Assembly (NCBI GenBank): GCA_049317725.1
Contig: JBMOHS010000001.1
Coordinates: 352-64,351, forward strand
DNA length: 64,000 bases
Reading direction: 5' to 3'
Source: Blastocatellia bacterium
GTDB lineage: Bacteria > Acidobacteriota > Blastocatellia > RBC074
Shown here: positions 24,630-38,382 of the stretch, one piece after another
How the letters are laid out: each line of letters begins with the position of its first letter
How positions within the stretch are numbered: the stretch's first letter is position 1
Position numbers and translations under genes: made by a program
Notes under the pieces: model-generated
What the model was told of the DNA's origin: nothing
Seen by the model: only the letters and a program-made list of their open reading frames with translations
Databases searched by the model: none

Positions 24630-26021
24630 TCACCGACCCGGGGCGGCACCTGGGCAGAGGGTGAGCGAGAGGCTGTCAAGCCAGATCCGCCCCTCGATGG
24701 CACAGAATGGATCGGCACACGGCGGGCGCTGCAGCCGAACCGTCAGTGCGGTCGTGGCCGGACCGGTGCGAACTCGCAGGCTCTGCTCCCCCCACTCGGC
24801 CAATTCCGCGGGAAAAGGAGGAGTGGCAGCATAGGCCCCACCCGAACGGCCAAGGTCTCTCTCCGCGGCCGGGTCGAGCAGTTCGAGCCGAGGCAGGCTC
24901 AAGCTCATCAATCCTTTTGTCCGCAGAAAGAAGCGGAGGCAGTAGCTCCGATTGGGGAGAGCGGGAATGGTCTGCGAGGCGATCGTCGCGGCTTGGTTGC
25001 TCTCCAGCTTGAAGCTGACCCGCAGGCTCTGACTGCCAGCATAGGGATCCTGGCGATCGAGCGTGACGCGAACCCCTGTTCCTGGTTGGATCCGCCATTC
25101 GTGGAAGGGTGCTGTCGAATGGAGCGCAACGCGCTCCTCAAAGTCGCCATTGGCCAGAAGGGAGTCGTCATCCGGGCTGGGTCGGTCGGGAAGCTCGATC
25201 GACTGCCAGATCCGATAGGCCTCGGCGTAGCGCCCCAGTGCGATCAAGCTGTTGGCAAATTCGCGCCCTTCCTGGGGCCCTGGAGCAGCGAGGCGTGCCC
25301 AGAGATCGAGGCCTGCCTGCGGCTGGTTCCGGCGGACGAGGAGAATCGCCATGCGGGCGAGGACCTCCGGAGAAGGTGCCAGCGCGTCGGCAATCGCCGC
25401 GGCATCGCCACGGTAGGAGGACCAGGCGTAGTCAAAAATGAGGGGGAAGGCTCCGGGGCGAACCGCCAGCGCCGCGCGCATCTGCCGAAACGCTGCATCG
25501 CGATCCCCACCGGATCGAAGGAGATGATTGCCGAGCGCCCAGTGGGTCTCGAAGTAGTTCGGGGCCAAGGCGAGAGCGCGGGTGAAGGCAGCGCGGGCCG
25601 CCGTTTCATCGAGGGGGAGATCCCCGCGCAGATCTGCGGGCAGGTCACGACCGCGGGCACCTGTCCGGTCGAGAGCGCGCCCCAGGGCCAGCCAGTTGCG
25701 ATAATCGGCCGGTGCCAACCGAACCGCCCAGGCGACGTCGGTCAACGCCCGTCCGGCGTCGGCAGACTCGCCCGCCTCCGCGGCCAAGGCCATCTCCAAG
25801 CTCGCCCGCCGCAAACGCGCTGTCACATCGTTCGGTTGATAAGCGATGGCCCGGTCGAGCGCCTCGCGCTGCCCCTCCAACGCCAACCCGGGTAGCCGCT
25901 CGACCGACGAGGTCAGGCTCTCGCTGACCGCCGAGCGGATGATCGCCCAGGCGAGCCAAGCCCCGCCGATCGTCGCCAGCAGCGCGAGCAGGACCCTCGA
26001 ACCACGAGAAAGCCAAGCCAT
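24630..26021 (-). CDS. membrane-anchored TPR-repeat protein with C-terminal beta-rich (carbohydrate-binding-like) domain
   Basis: Start at MAWLSRGSRVLLALLATIGGAWLAWAI (signal/anchor). Several TPR-like repeats (RAAFTRALALAPNYFETHWALGNHLL). C-terminal ~180 aa region not recognised. Confidence 0.55.
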   Translation of the reverse strand: MAWLSRGSRVLLALLATIGGAWLAWAIIRSAVSESLTSSVERLPGLALEGQREALDRAIAYQPNDVTARLRRASLEMALAAEAGESADAGRALTDVAWAVRLAPADYRNWLALGRALDRTGARGRDLPADLRGDLPLDETAARAAFTRALALAPNYFETHWALGNHLLRSGGDRDAAFRQMRAALAVRPGAFPLIFDYAWSSYRGDAAAIADALAPSPEVLARMAILLVRRNQPQAGLDLWARLAAPGPQEGREFANSLIALGRYAEAYRIWQSIELPDRPSPDDDSLLANGDFEERVALHSTAPFHEWRIQPGTGVRVTLDRQDPYAGSQSLRVSFKLESNQAATIASQTIPALPNRSYCLRFFLRTKGLMSLSLPRLELLDPAAERDLGRSGGAYAATPPFPAELAEWGEQSLRVRTGPATTALTVRLQRPPCADPFCAIEGRIWLDSLSLTLCPGAAPGR

Positions 26022-26380
26022 CGTTGCCCCTCGCATTCGTCCCCTCCTTGCCCTCTCCACTCTCCTCGTCGTGGTGCGATTCCTCTCTCTCCGCAGAAAA
26101 GAGAGCGACTGCTTCTTTGAGTGCTCGCCCCCCACCCCCACCAGATCCTCGCCTGGGAACCGACAGGGTAGCCAATTGACACTCAATCGACAAGCCGCCA
26201 TACTTGAGAAGTCGTTTGGACCTCGCAGATGTTGCATCAATTGGAGATATCTGGAAAATCGCCGGGAGGAAACCGCCGGAAAAGCGAGATGGTCGCGGGT
26301 TCGGGATTAACGCCTCCCCGCCTTGTCCAGAAGGATTTGATCGTTCCGAAGAGAAGAAGACTTCGCGAGAAGGAGGGCAC

Positions 26381-27590
26381 AATGAGCCGAGCCTACAGAG
26401 TCGATAGAGCCGACGCACGGATGGATCGGGAAGAAACACGGTTCTGGCGGAATTTCTGCTCGTGGCGATGGGGAGCAAACTTCTTCCTCGGCCTCGCGAT
26501 CCTTGCCGGTCAGGCCCTCGGGCAATCTGCAGCACCTCCCCTTGGGACGCCGGGAAGCACTGCCCCCACTTCTGGTGCCGCAGTGGCAGCCAAGGGTGGG
26601 ATCGAACGGATTCCGGATGCCTCCCCCCGCGAGGACGACAGCTATCGGATTGGCCCCGGGGATCTGCTCGACGTGCGGGTCTACGGGCGAGCCGAATTGA
26701 CACGGGAGGTGCGTGTCACCAATGAGGGACGAATCCGCCTGCCCTTCCTCGAGGAGGTCCAGGTCGCCTGCCAGACAGAGGCTCAACTCTCCGAAAAGAT
26801 TGCCACCCAGTACCGCAAGTATCTGCGTGATCCTCAGGTCGACGTCTTTGTCCGGGAGTACAAGAGCCAGCCCGTCTCGGTCATCGGATCGGTCATGCAG
26901 CCCGGCCGCTTTCAGTTGCAGCGTCGGGTTCGTCTTCTCGAACTGTTGACCTTCGCGGGAGGACCCGGGGGGAGCGCTGGCGGAGTCGTCCACGTCATCC
27001 GAGGGAGCGCGCCAGACTTCTGCGAGGCCCAAGTGGAGAAGGTCCAGGCGGTGCCCGCCGTCGCTCCAGTCGAGCCAACTCCTCGTTCGAGCGAGGTGGA
27101 CCAATCCCTTGCCGGCAGCCAAGCAACCATTCCCATTTCGATCGACCACGGAGATGCGCAGTTGGTCGCCTACCGACTGCGAGATGTGCTGGTCGGAAAC
27201 CCGGACTCGAACCCATTTGTCCGACCTGGTGACATCATCAGCGTTCCGGAGACTGACCAAGTCTTCATCACTGGCGCAGTCATCAAGCCCGGAGCGATTC
27301 CGATGCGCAGTCGATTGACGCTCCTCCAGGCCCTGGGGATCGCTGGAGGGTTTCAGCCCGATGCCGCCCGCTCGCGGGTCCGGGTAATCCGGCTCGATCC
27401 ACAGACCCGAACCAACCAGGAGATCGTCTACAACATCGACGAGATTCAGCGACGCAAGGCAGAGGATGTCGTGCTTCTCCCCAATGATGTGGTTCACGCC
27501 CCCTCCTCGATGCCGAAGAGTATGGGACGAGGAATCCTGGGGGTGAGTCTCAACATGCTGAGCACGATCCCCTTCCTGATCATGCGGTAA
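26381..27590 (+). CDS. wza: polysaccharide export outer-membrane protein Wza (Poly_export + SLBB domains)
   Basis: YRIGPGDLLDVRVYG...NEGRIRLPFL is the Poly_export motif. Two SLBB-like repeats (PGDIISVPE). First gene of the locus, after a 360-bp intergenic region. Confidence 0.85.
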
Positions 27591-27616
27591 CCGCGGAGCG
27601 AGAGAAAGAGATCGGC

Positions 27617-30004
<2,388 letters not shown>

Positions 30005-30219
30005 GGTCCTTCGGATTAGCCTCTCAGCGATTCTTCCCTTGCTCCGACTCCTCCGCGGGGGTAGGTCCATCTCCGGCTGGAGGGGCGAATGGAATCAGGG
30101 TGCTGCCTCGGCACGAGGTTTCCTTCAAGGTCTGACTTGTGAGGGAGAGCTGTGCCCAGTCGATTCAGGCCGCAGATCCAACGTGTGAAGAAGAGACCGT
30201 ACGTCGGGAGCAGAAACAG

Positions 30220-32142
30220 ATGTGTGGGATTGTCGGGGTCGCGACGAGGAGAGGACGGGAGGAGGCGATCGTCGCCGTCCAGCGGGGACTGCAGTCGCTG
30301 GGCCACCGGGGGCCTGACGACGAGGGCTGGGCCTTGATCAAAGACGGGAGTGAGGGCCAAGGAGGAGCGGGCTGGACGGTCTGCTTCGGCCATCGGCGTC
30401 TCTCGATCCTCGACCCGACGCCAGCGGGCCATCAACCGATGCAGGATGCCGCGAAAGGGGACTGGATCACTTACAACGGGGAGGTCTTCAACCATCAGCA
30501 CCTGCGGGAGACCCTCGTCACGCAAGGTGTGCGGTTTGACTCGCGAACCGACACGGAAGTGGTGCTGAAGTCCTTCGGGCGGGAGGGTGGGAGGGCGCTG
30601 CGGACTTGGCACGGGATGTTTGCCTTCGGGTTTTGGGAGGCAGCGGCCGAGCGGCTGAGCTTGGTACGGGATCGCCTGGGGATCAAGCCGCTCTACTACT
30701 ACCAGAGCGAGGAGCGCTTCGTCTTTGGGTCCGAGGTGCGGGCCTTGCTGGCGACTGGGCTTGTACCGCGTCGGCTCTCGGGCCGGGCGGTGGAGCAGTT
30801 CCTCGCCTACGGCTCGGTCGAGGCGCCGCTGACGATCGTCGAAGGGATCCAGGCAGTCCTGCCAGGTCAACAGGTCGAGTTTGTCCGGGGGGTGGTCCGG
30901 GCGGAGAGCTACTGGAAACCAATGCCGCACAGAGGGGAGCAGGCGGCCCCGGCAGACGCTTCCCTGGTTGAAGAGGTGCAGGACTTGGCCCTCGAAGCGG
31001 TGCGGCTCTGGCGAGTCTCCGACGTCCCGATCAGCCTCTTCCTCAGCGGTGGGATCGATTCGGGAGCGCTCCTGTCGCTGTTGCGGCAATCCTCCGACGA
31101 GCCGATTCACTCCTTCTGCTTGCGGTTTGAGGGAGAGGGGACAGACGAAGGAGCGGTTGCGGAGACGGTCGCCCGGCACTACGGCGCCGTCCATCGCACA
31201 GTCACACGGACGGAGGAGGAGGCGCGCACCCGGCTGAAGAGGGCGGTCGCGGCGCTCGACCAGCCCTCGATCGATGGGATCAACACGTGGTTTCTCTCGG
31301 AAGCGGTCAGCGAGGCTGGCTTCAAGGTGGCCCTGTCAGGCTTGGGGGGGGATGAGGGCTTTCTGGGATATGGGTTCTTCCAGACGCTGCGGCGCGACGA
31401 GCGGTGGCGCAGGCTTGGGGAGATGGTCCCAGGCGTGATCCGGGAGGTCCTTGCCGCGCTGCTGGTCCGGCTGCCTCTCGGACGCACCGCCAAGCTGGAG
31501 GCCCTGCTGCGGGGGGAGACCGCCGGGGTCCCAACGGTCCGCCTCCATCGCCAACTCTTCACGCCGACGCAGCGGCGGCACCTGCGCGGACAGGAAGGGA
31601 GTAGACCAGAAGCGATCAACTGGATCGACGATCTGGCGACGGGATGGGGTGAGACCGACCCGATCAATTTGGCGTCGGCCATCGAGATGAGCGGGTACCT
31701 GCCCAACACCCTGCTGCGCGACACCGACACGATGAGCATGGCCCACGGGCTGGAAGTCCGGGTTCCCTTCCTCGATCACCGGCTGATCGAACGGCTTCTC
31801 GAACTGCCGGGAAGGGTCAAATTGCGAACGGGATCGGCGAAGTGGCTGCTGGTCGCGGCGGCGGGAGACCTGCCAGAGATCGTCACGCAACGACGGAAGC
31901 AGGGGTTTGAACTCCCCTTCGATCGTTGGCTCCGAGGGGCGCTCCGGGAAGAGATGGTCGAGGCGCTCGCGTCGAAGACGTGGGAAGGGTGGCTCGATCG
32001 TCGGGCGGTGAACCAAGTCTGGGAAGGCTTTCTCGCGCAACGGCTGAGCTGGTCGCGTGTCTGGGCGCTCTATGTCCTCCGGGAATGGATCGAGCGCCAC
32101 CTCTCCCCTGGGCAGTCAGCAATCGAGGGACCCGTGAGATGA
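30220..32142 (+). CDS. asnB: asparagine synthetase B-family (glutamine-hydrolysing) amidotransferase, paralog 1
   Basis: N-terminal MCGIVG nucleophile Cys2. HRGPDD. PP-loop SLFLSGGIDS. Confidence 0.85.
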   Translation: MCGIVGVATRRGREEAIVAVQRGLQSLGHRGPDDEGWALIKDGSEGQGGAGWTVCFGHRRLSILDPTPAGHQPMQDAAKGDWITYNGEVFNHQHLRETLVTQGVRFDSRTDTEVVLKSFGREGGRALRTWHGMFAFGFWEAAAERLSLVRDRLGIKPLYYYQSEERFVFGSEVRALLATGLVPRRLSGRAVEQFLAYGSVEAPLTIVEGIQAVLPGQQVEFVRGVVRAESYWKPMPHRGEQAAPADASLVEEVQDLALEAVRLWRVSDVPISLFLSGGIDSGALLSLLRQSSDEPIHSFCLRFEGEGTDEGAVAETVARHYGAVHRTVTRTEEEARTRLKRAVAALDQPSIDGINTWFLSEAVSEAGFKVALSGLGGDEGFLGYGFFQTLRRDERWRRLGEMVPGVIREVLAALLVRLPLGRTAKLEALLRGETAGVPTVRLHRQLFTPTQRRHLRGQEGSRPEAINWIDDLATGWGETDPINLASAIEMSGYLPNTLLRDTDTMSMAHGLEVRVPFLDHRLIERLLELPGRVKLRTGSAKWLLVAAAGDLPEIVTQRRKQGFELPFDRWLRGALREEMVEALASKTWEGWLDRRAVNQVWEGFLAQRLSWSRVWALYVLREWIERHLSPGQSAIEGPVR

Positions 32143-32993
32143 GGATCCAACGTGTCGAGGAGAGCGCGAGCGGCCCACCGGACTTGGTGATTGAACCAAC
32201 CAGCGGCTGGCGGCAGCCATTGGCGCTGAGCGATCTGTGGCAGTACCGCGAACTCTTCTACTTTCTGACTTGGCGCGACATCAAGGTGCGGTACAAGCAG
32301 ACAGTGTTGGGCGCGGTCTGGGCACTGCTGCAGCCACTGGGGACGATGGCGCTCTTCGCGTGGATCTTCGGTCGGGTCGCACGACTGCCGTCGGACGGGC
32401 TGCCCTACCCGCTCTTCGCCTTTGCCGGGTTGATTCCATGGATCTTCTTCTCGAACGCGCTCGGGAGTGCGGGCAACAGCCTCGTCGGGAGTTCCCACCT
32501 CATCACCAAAGTCTATTTTCCACGGATTCTGATCCCAGCCTCGGCAGTCTTGGCCGGACTGGTCGACCTGGGAATCTCGATGGGAGCGCTGGGTGGGATG
32601 ATGGCCTGGTATGGCATCGCGCCAAGCTGGCGGCTGTTGATCTTGCCCCTGCTGATTGGACTGACGGTGCTGCTGGCGCTGGGCGTCGGCCTCTGGCTCT
32701 CGGCGCTCCACGTACGCTTCCGGGATATTCGGTACATCATCCCGTTCTTGCTGCAGATCTGGCTCTTCGCGACGCCGATCCTCTATCCGAGGAGCGTCGT
32801 GCCTGAACAGTACCAGTGGCTCAGCCAGATCAACCCGTTGAGCGGGTTGATCGAGGCCTACCGGGGGGTTCTGCTGGGGCTGCCCTTCAACTGGCGTGGG
32901 CTGGGGCTCGCAGCGGGAGGAACAATGGTGCTGCTGATTACCGCCGTCTACGGGTTTCGACGAATGGAGCGCACCTTCGCCGATCTGGTCTGA
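32139..32993 (+). CDS. wzm: ABC-2 type polysaccharide/O-antigen export permease Wzm
   Basis: ATGA start-stop overlap with asnB. About 6 TM helices. ABC-2 membrane signature (LTWRDIKVRYKQTVLGAVWALLQPL). Confidence 0.8.
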   Translation: MRIQRVEESASGPPDLVIEPTSGWRQPLALSDLWQYRELFYFLTWRDIKVRYKQTVLGAVWALLQPLGTMALFAWIFGRVARLPSDGLPYPLFAFAGLIPWIFFSNALGSAGNSLVGSSHLITKVYFPRILIPASAVLAGLVDLGISMGALGGMMAWYGIAPSWRLLILPLLIGLTVLLALGVGLWLSALHVRFRDIRYIIPFLLQIWLFATPILYPRSVVPEQYQWLSQINPLSGLIEAYRGVLLGLPFNWRGLGLAAGGTMVLLITAVYGFRRMERTFADLV

Positions 32994-33017
32994 AAGGCAC
33001 GTCCAAGGAGAAGAGAA

Positions 33018-34276
<1,259 letters not shown>

Positions 34277-34292
<16 letters not shown>

Positions 34293-35185
34293 CCCGCCAG
34301 ACATCGACCACGCCACTCCCTTCCCCTCCCCCTGGAAAGCGAGGCTGGCCCTGGTCGGAAACCCCTTCACTGGAGGTCTCGACGCAGGAAGAGCCGGGGA
34401 GATGGCCACGCATCAGCGTCATCACTCCGTCGTACAACCAGGCCCCTTTTCTGGAGATGACGCTCCGGTCGGTGCTGCTCCAAGGCTATCCAAATCTGGA
34501 GTACATCGTCATCGATGGAGGCAGCACGGACGGGAGCGTCGCCCTGCTCGAAAAGTATGCCCCCTGGTTGACAGCCTGGGTCAGCGAGCCTGACGAGGGG
34601 CAGAGCCAAGCGATCAACAAGGGGTTGCGCCGCGCGACCGGCGAGACTCTCTGTTGGATCAACAGCGACGACTACTACTTGCCGGGCACGCTGGCAACGG
34701 TCGGCCGTCTTCTCGCGAGGCGGAAGAGGGGCGGGCCGGAGAGTCCGCGGGCACTGGTCGGGCACATCCGTAAGGTCTACGTCGATGGTCGCCCTCCCAT
34801 CAAGCTGGAAGGATGCTACGAAGGGCGGAAGCGGTTGCTGCAGTTCTGGCGGGGCTACCAGATGCACCAGCCGGCGATCTTCTGGGATCGAGAGGTCTCG
34901 GAAGAGATCGGCTGGCTCGATGAGGATCTGCACCTGACGATGGACTTCGACTACTGGGTGCGGATGTCGCGGGTGACGACCTTTCTCAATGTTGACCAGG
35001 TCTTGGCCGTCTGCCATTACCATGCGGCAGCAAAGACCGGGGATGACTACGCGGCCTATCATCGTGCGCTGGAACGGACGGCGTGGCGCTACTGGGGCCC
35101 TCCACATCGGCGCCTCTTCTGGGAGCTGGCCGTGAGCATGGCTCGCGAGGTCTGGTGGAAGAGATGGCGAAGAGGGGGCCGATGA
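34277..35185 (+). CDS. glycosyltransferase family 2
   Basis: ISVITPSYNQAPFLEMTLRSVLLQGYPNLEYIVIDGGSTDGS... and a DDY motif. Overlaps the wzt stop. Confidence 0.8.
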
Positions 35186-36114
35186 GCGCAGGATTGCCAA
35201 GAAGCCAGATGGCCCTAGGGACCGTTTCGGTGATCGTTCCTGTCTACAACGGAGAAGTGACGATCGGCCGTACGGTCGAGCAGATTCTTGCCCAGACCGT
35301 CTTTCCGGATGAGGTGATCATCGTCGACGATGGATCGACGGATGGAACCGCCGCGGTGCTCGCCTCTTTCGGGTCGCGGATTCGCGTCTTGCGACAGCGC
35401 AACCAGGGCCCGGCGGCGGCACGCAACACGGGCATTCGGGCGAGTCGTGGCCATTACCTCGCGATGACTGACAGCGATTGCTACCCGCATCCGGACTGGC
35501 TGGCCCAGTTGCTGAGCGGCTTCGAGGACGAGTCCGTCGGGGGAACTGGGGGAATCGTCCGCGGGGCACGGCCCACCCTCATCGGAGACTACCTCGACCG
35601 GATTGGGCTCCTCGACGCCGCACCGGACGCCTCGGGAGAGATCCCCTACGTCATCACCGCCAACGCTTGCTATCGCCGGTCGGCGCTGCTGGCAGCAGGC
35701 CTCTTCAACGAGACCTTCCGTCGTCCGGGAGGAGAAGAGGCCGAACTGGGCCGACGCATTCGGGCGTGTGGCTATCAGTTTCGACGAATGGAGGGTGCGG
35801 TCGTCCACCACGAACATCGCCAAGACCTCGCCAGCCTCCTGCGAACCCTGGCGAATTATGGTGAAGGGGCAGCTCGACTGGCCGCGCTCTGGCCCGAGAC
35901 GGCCATCCCACAACCGGGAAGACGGCTGCTTCGCCAACTCGCCGCGGCGCGAACCTGGCGTGCGAACTACCAGCGACATCGCGCAGAGGTCGGCCGCCGA
36001 CGCGCCGCCTGCTTCGCGATGCTCGACTATCTGCGCGAGCCCAGCTTTCTGTGGGGCTATCGACGAGGGAAACGCCTTGAAGAGTCGCGTCAGCGTCATC
36101 ATTCCCTGCCATAA
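35164..36114 (+). CDS. glycosyltransferase family 2
   Basis: VSVIVPVYNGEVTIGRTVEQIL...VIIVDDGSTDGT...DSDCYP. GT-A fold DxD. Confidence 0.8.
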   Translation: MAKRGPMSAGLPRSQMALGTVSVIVPVYNGEVTIGRTVEQILAQTVFPDEVIIVDDGSTDGTAAVLASFGSRIRVLRQRNQGPAAARNTGIRASRGHYLAMTDSDCYPHPDWLAQLLSGFEDESVGGTGGIVRGARPTLIGDYLDRIGLLDAAPDASGEIPYVITANACYRRSALLAAGLFNETFRRPGGEEAELGRRIRACGYQFRRMEGAVVHHEHRQDLASLLRTLANYGEGAARLAALWPETAIPQPGRRLLRQLAAARTWRANYQRHRAEVGRRRAACFAMLDYLREPSFLWGYRRGKRLEESRQRHHSLP

Positions 36115-36976
36115 CACGGAAGCGTTTCTGGCGGAGACGATCGAGAGTGTCCTCGCCCAGACTCGACCGGCGGCGGAGATCTTGGTGATCGACGATGGGT
36201 CGACCGATCGGACGCGGGAAGTGGCCGCATCGTTTGGCGCACGGGTCACCCTCCGGTCAAAACCCAATGGAGGGCCCGCCTCGGCACGCAATCTCGGGAT
36301 GCACTTGGCGACCGGGGAGTACCTCGCCTTTCTGGACAGCGACGATCTATGGTATCCCGAGAAGCTGGCCCGGCAATTGGCAGCGATGGAGACCAACCCG
36401 CAAATCGACCTCCTCTTCAGTGAAGCTTGGATGTTTCGGGAGGAGAGAGGCGCGCGCCAGCTGCTCCGCAAGATCGGGTATACGGGGGATCCGACCTTCC
36501 GGCAACTTCTCTTCGGCGACTTCATCCCGAACTCGACGGTCCTGCTGCGGCGAAGCGTCGTTGACCGGGTGGGCTGGCTCAACGAAGATCGGGAATTGAT
36601 TGGGGTCGAGGACTACGAGTACTGGATGCGGGTCGCCTATCACGGGACCCTCGCGGGACTCGCCGAGCCACTCGCCTTCTACCGTCTGCGGGAAGGGAGC
36701 TTGATGGGGGACGGGCGGGAGATCGAGAAGGGGCTGACCCTGGCACTGGCGGCCCTTTCAACCGTCGAGTCGCAGTTCCCCGCGATGTGGGAAGAGGCGC
36801 AAGTCCAGCGCGAGGCGCTGCTCGCCCGACTGCACGTCCGCGCCGGATTTGCCTGGAAGCAACGACGGGCTTGGGTCTCGTGCCTCTCCCATTACGGACA
36901 AGCGCTGCGACACTGGCCCCACCCGCGCGTGCTGCGATGGCTCGTCGCCGCCTCGATCCTGCCCAAATGGTCGTAG
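36077..36976 (+). CDS. glycosyltransferase family 2 (TTG start inferred)
   Basis: VSVIIPCHNTEAFLAETIESVLAQT...ILVIDDGSTDRT...DSDDLW. No ATG available, so the in-frame TTG at 36077 overlapping the previous gene is proposed. Confidence 0.7.
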   Translation: MKSRVSVIIPCHNTEAFLAETIESVLAQTRPAAEILVIDDGSTDRTREVAASFGARVTLRSKPNGGPASARNLGMHLATGEYLAFLDSDDLWYPEKLARQLAAMETNPQIDLLFSEAWMFREERGARQLLRKIGYTGDPTFRQLLFGDFIPNSTVLLRRSVVDRVGWLNEDRELIGVEDYEYWMRVAYHGTLAGLAEPLAFYRLREGSLMGDGREIEKGLTLALAALSTVESQFPAMWEEAQVQREALLARLHVRAGFAWKQRRAWVSCLSHYGQALRHWPHPRVLRWLVAASILPKWS

Positions 36977-37265
36977 ACATCGATCGACCAAAGTGGCCAA
37001 GCGAGTGCGATTGACCTCACTTGACCTCACCTTGTGAAAACGCCCGGATTGCCTGCTCCGGTGCGCCACATTGATGGCTGTGTTTTGGGCACGGAGCTGC
37101 AGAGAGGGGGCGAGGGACTCTTCATTGCCAGTCACTCTTTGCTGTCAACGCTTGATGGACTGCTCGATCGAAAATACCGCCTTGACCTCTCTCGTTTGAA
37201 TCTCTGCGGCTCCGAGGGTCGGTGAGAGAATCTGTCGGGGAGTAATCTGAAGAGGAGATATCTGC

Positions 37266-38366
37266 GTGAATAAGACAAACACTACCCCGTTACGCATCAC
37301 CTTTGTCCTGCCGATGTTTCTGACCGCTCCGTCGGGTGGATTCAAGGTCGTCTACGAATACGCCAATCGGCTGCATCGACGGGGGCACACCGTCACAGTC
37401 GTCCATCCGCGAACCCTCGCTCTGGATGGGGGTTCCAACGACTGGCGTGACTTCGTGAAGAGTTACCTCTGGGAGTGGAAGCTGCGCTGGCAGCACCGTC
37501 CGCTGATTGGGTGGTTCCGGCTTGACCCGGGGGTGCGGATCCGGCTGGTCCGTGATCTGCGGGAGAGTTTGCTGCCGGACGGCGACGTAATTGTCGCCAC
37601 GGCCTTTCAGACAGCCTTTCCGGTGGCGGGCTATGCGGGGCGAAAAGGTCGTGCCTGGTACCTGATCCAATCCTACGAGGATTGGATGGGAGAAGAGGCG
37701 CGGGTCCGGGAGAGCTGGCAGCTCCCCTTGCGAAAGATCGTCGTCTCGCGGTGGCTCGAGCGGCGAGCGCATGAGCTGGGAGAGGGCGCGCGCACGGTGC
37801 GCATCCCGCCGGGCCTCGACGGAGACCAGTTCCGCGTGTTGGGCCCGGCGGAAACGAGGCAGCGCCCACGGGTGGGCATGCTCGCCCATCCACTGGCGAT
37901 CAAGGGAACAGCCGATGGTGTGGCGGCGTTAACGCGGGTCCGGCAGCGGATCCCCACGCTCGAGGCGGTCCTCTTCGGAACCACACCGCGGCCATCCGAA
38001 CTGCCGGATTGGATCGAGTACGAGCAGTCCCCTTCCCCGTCGGCGCTCGTCGACCTCTACAACAGTTGCCAAGTCTTCCTTCATCCGAGCCACCTCGAGG
38101 GATGGGGGCTGCCCGCGGTCGAGGCGATGGCCTGCGGCTGCGCCCTGGTAGCCGCCCACAACGAGGGGGTCGACGACTTTGCCGAGGATGGGGTGACGGC
38201 GCTGGTCGTGCCAATCCGCGCCCCCGAACGGCTCGCCGAGGCGGTGGAACGACTCCTGACGGAGGAGGCGCTCCGGCATCGGCTGGCGGCAGCCGGCCGC
38301 GAGAGAGTCGCGCAGTTCGAATGGTCCACGGCGGTCGACCTGTTGGAAGAGACGCTGCGCGATTGA
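37266..38366 (+). CDS. glycosyltransferase family 4 (GT-B fold)
   Basis: LRITFVLP...GGFKVVYEYANRLHRRGHTV N-terminal GT4 domain. C-terminal FLHPSHLEGWGLPAVEAMACGCALVA (EX7E region). GTG start with GAGGAG SD, after a 290-bp gap. Confidence 0.8.
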   Translation: MNKTNTTPLRITFVLPMFLTAPSGGFKVVYEYANRLHRRGHTVTVVHPRTLALDGGSNDWRDFVKSYLWEWKLRWQHRPLIGWFRLDPGVRIRLVRDLRESLLPDGDVIVATAFQTAFPVAGYAGRKGRAWYLIQSYEDWMGEEARVRESWQLPLRKIVVSRWLERRAHELGEGARTVRIPPGLDGDQFRVLGPAETRQRPRVGMLAHPLAIKGTADGVAALTRVRQRIPTLEAVLFGTTPRPSELPDWIEYEQSPSPSALVDLYNSCQVFLHPSHLEGWGLPAVEAMACGCALVAAHNEGVDDFAEDGVTALVVPIRAPERLAEAVERLLTEEALRHRLAAAGRERVAQFEWSTAVDLLEETLRD

Positions 38367-38382
38367 CCGCCTTCCCCACACC

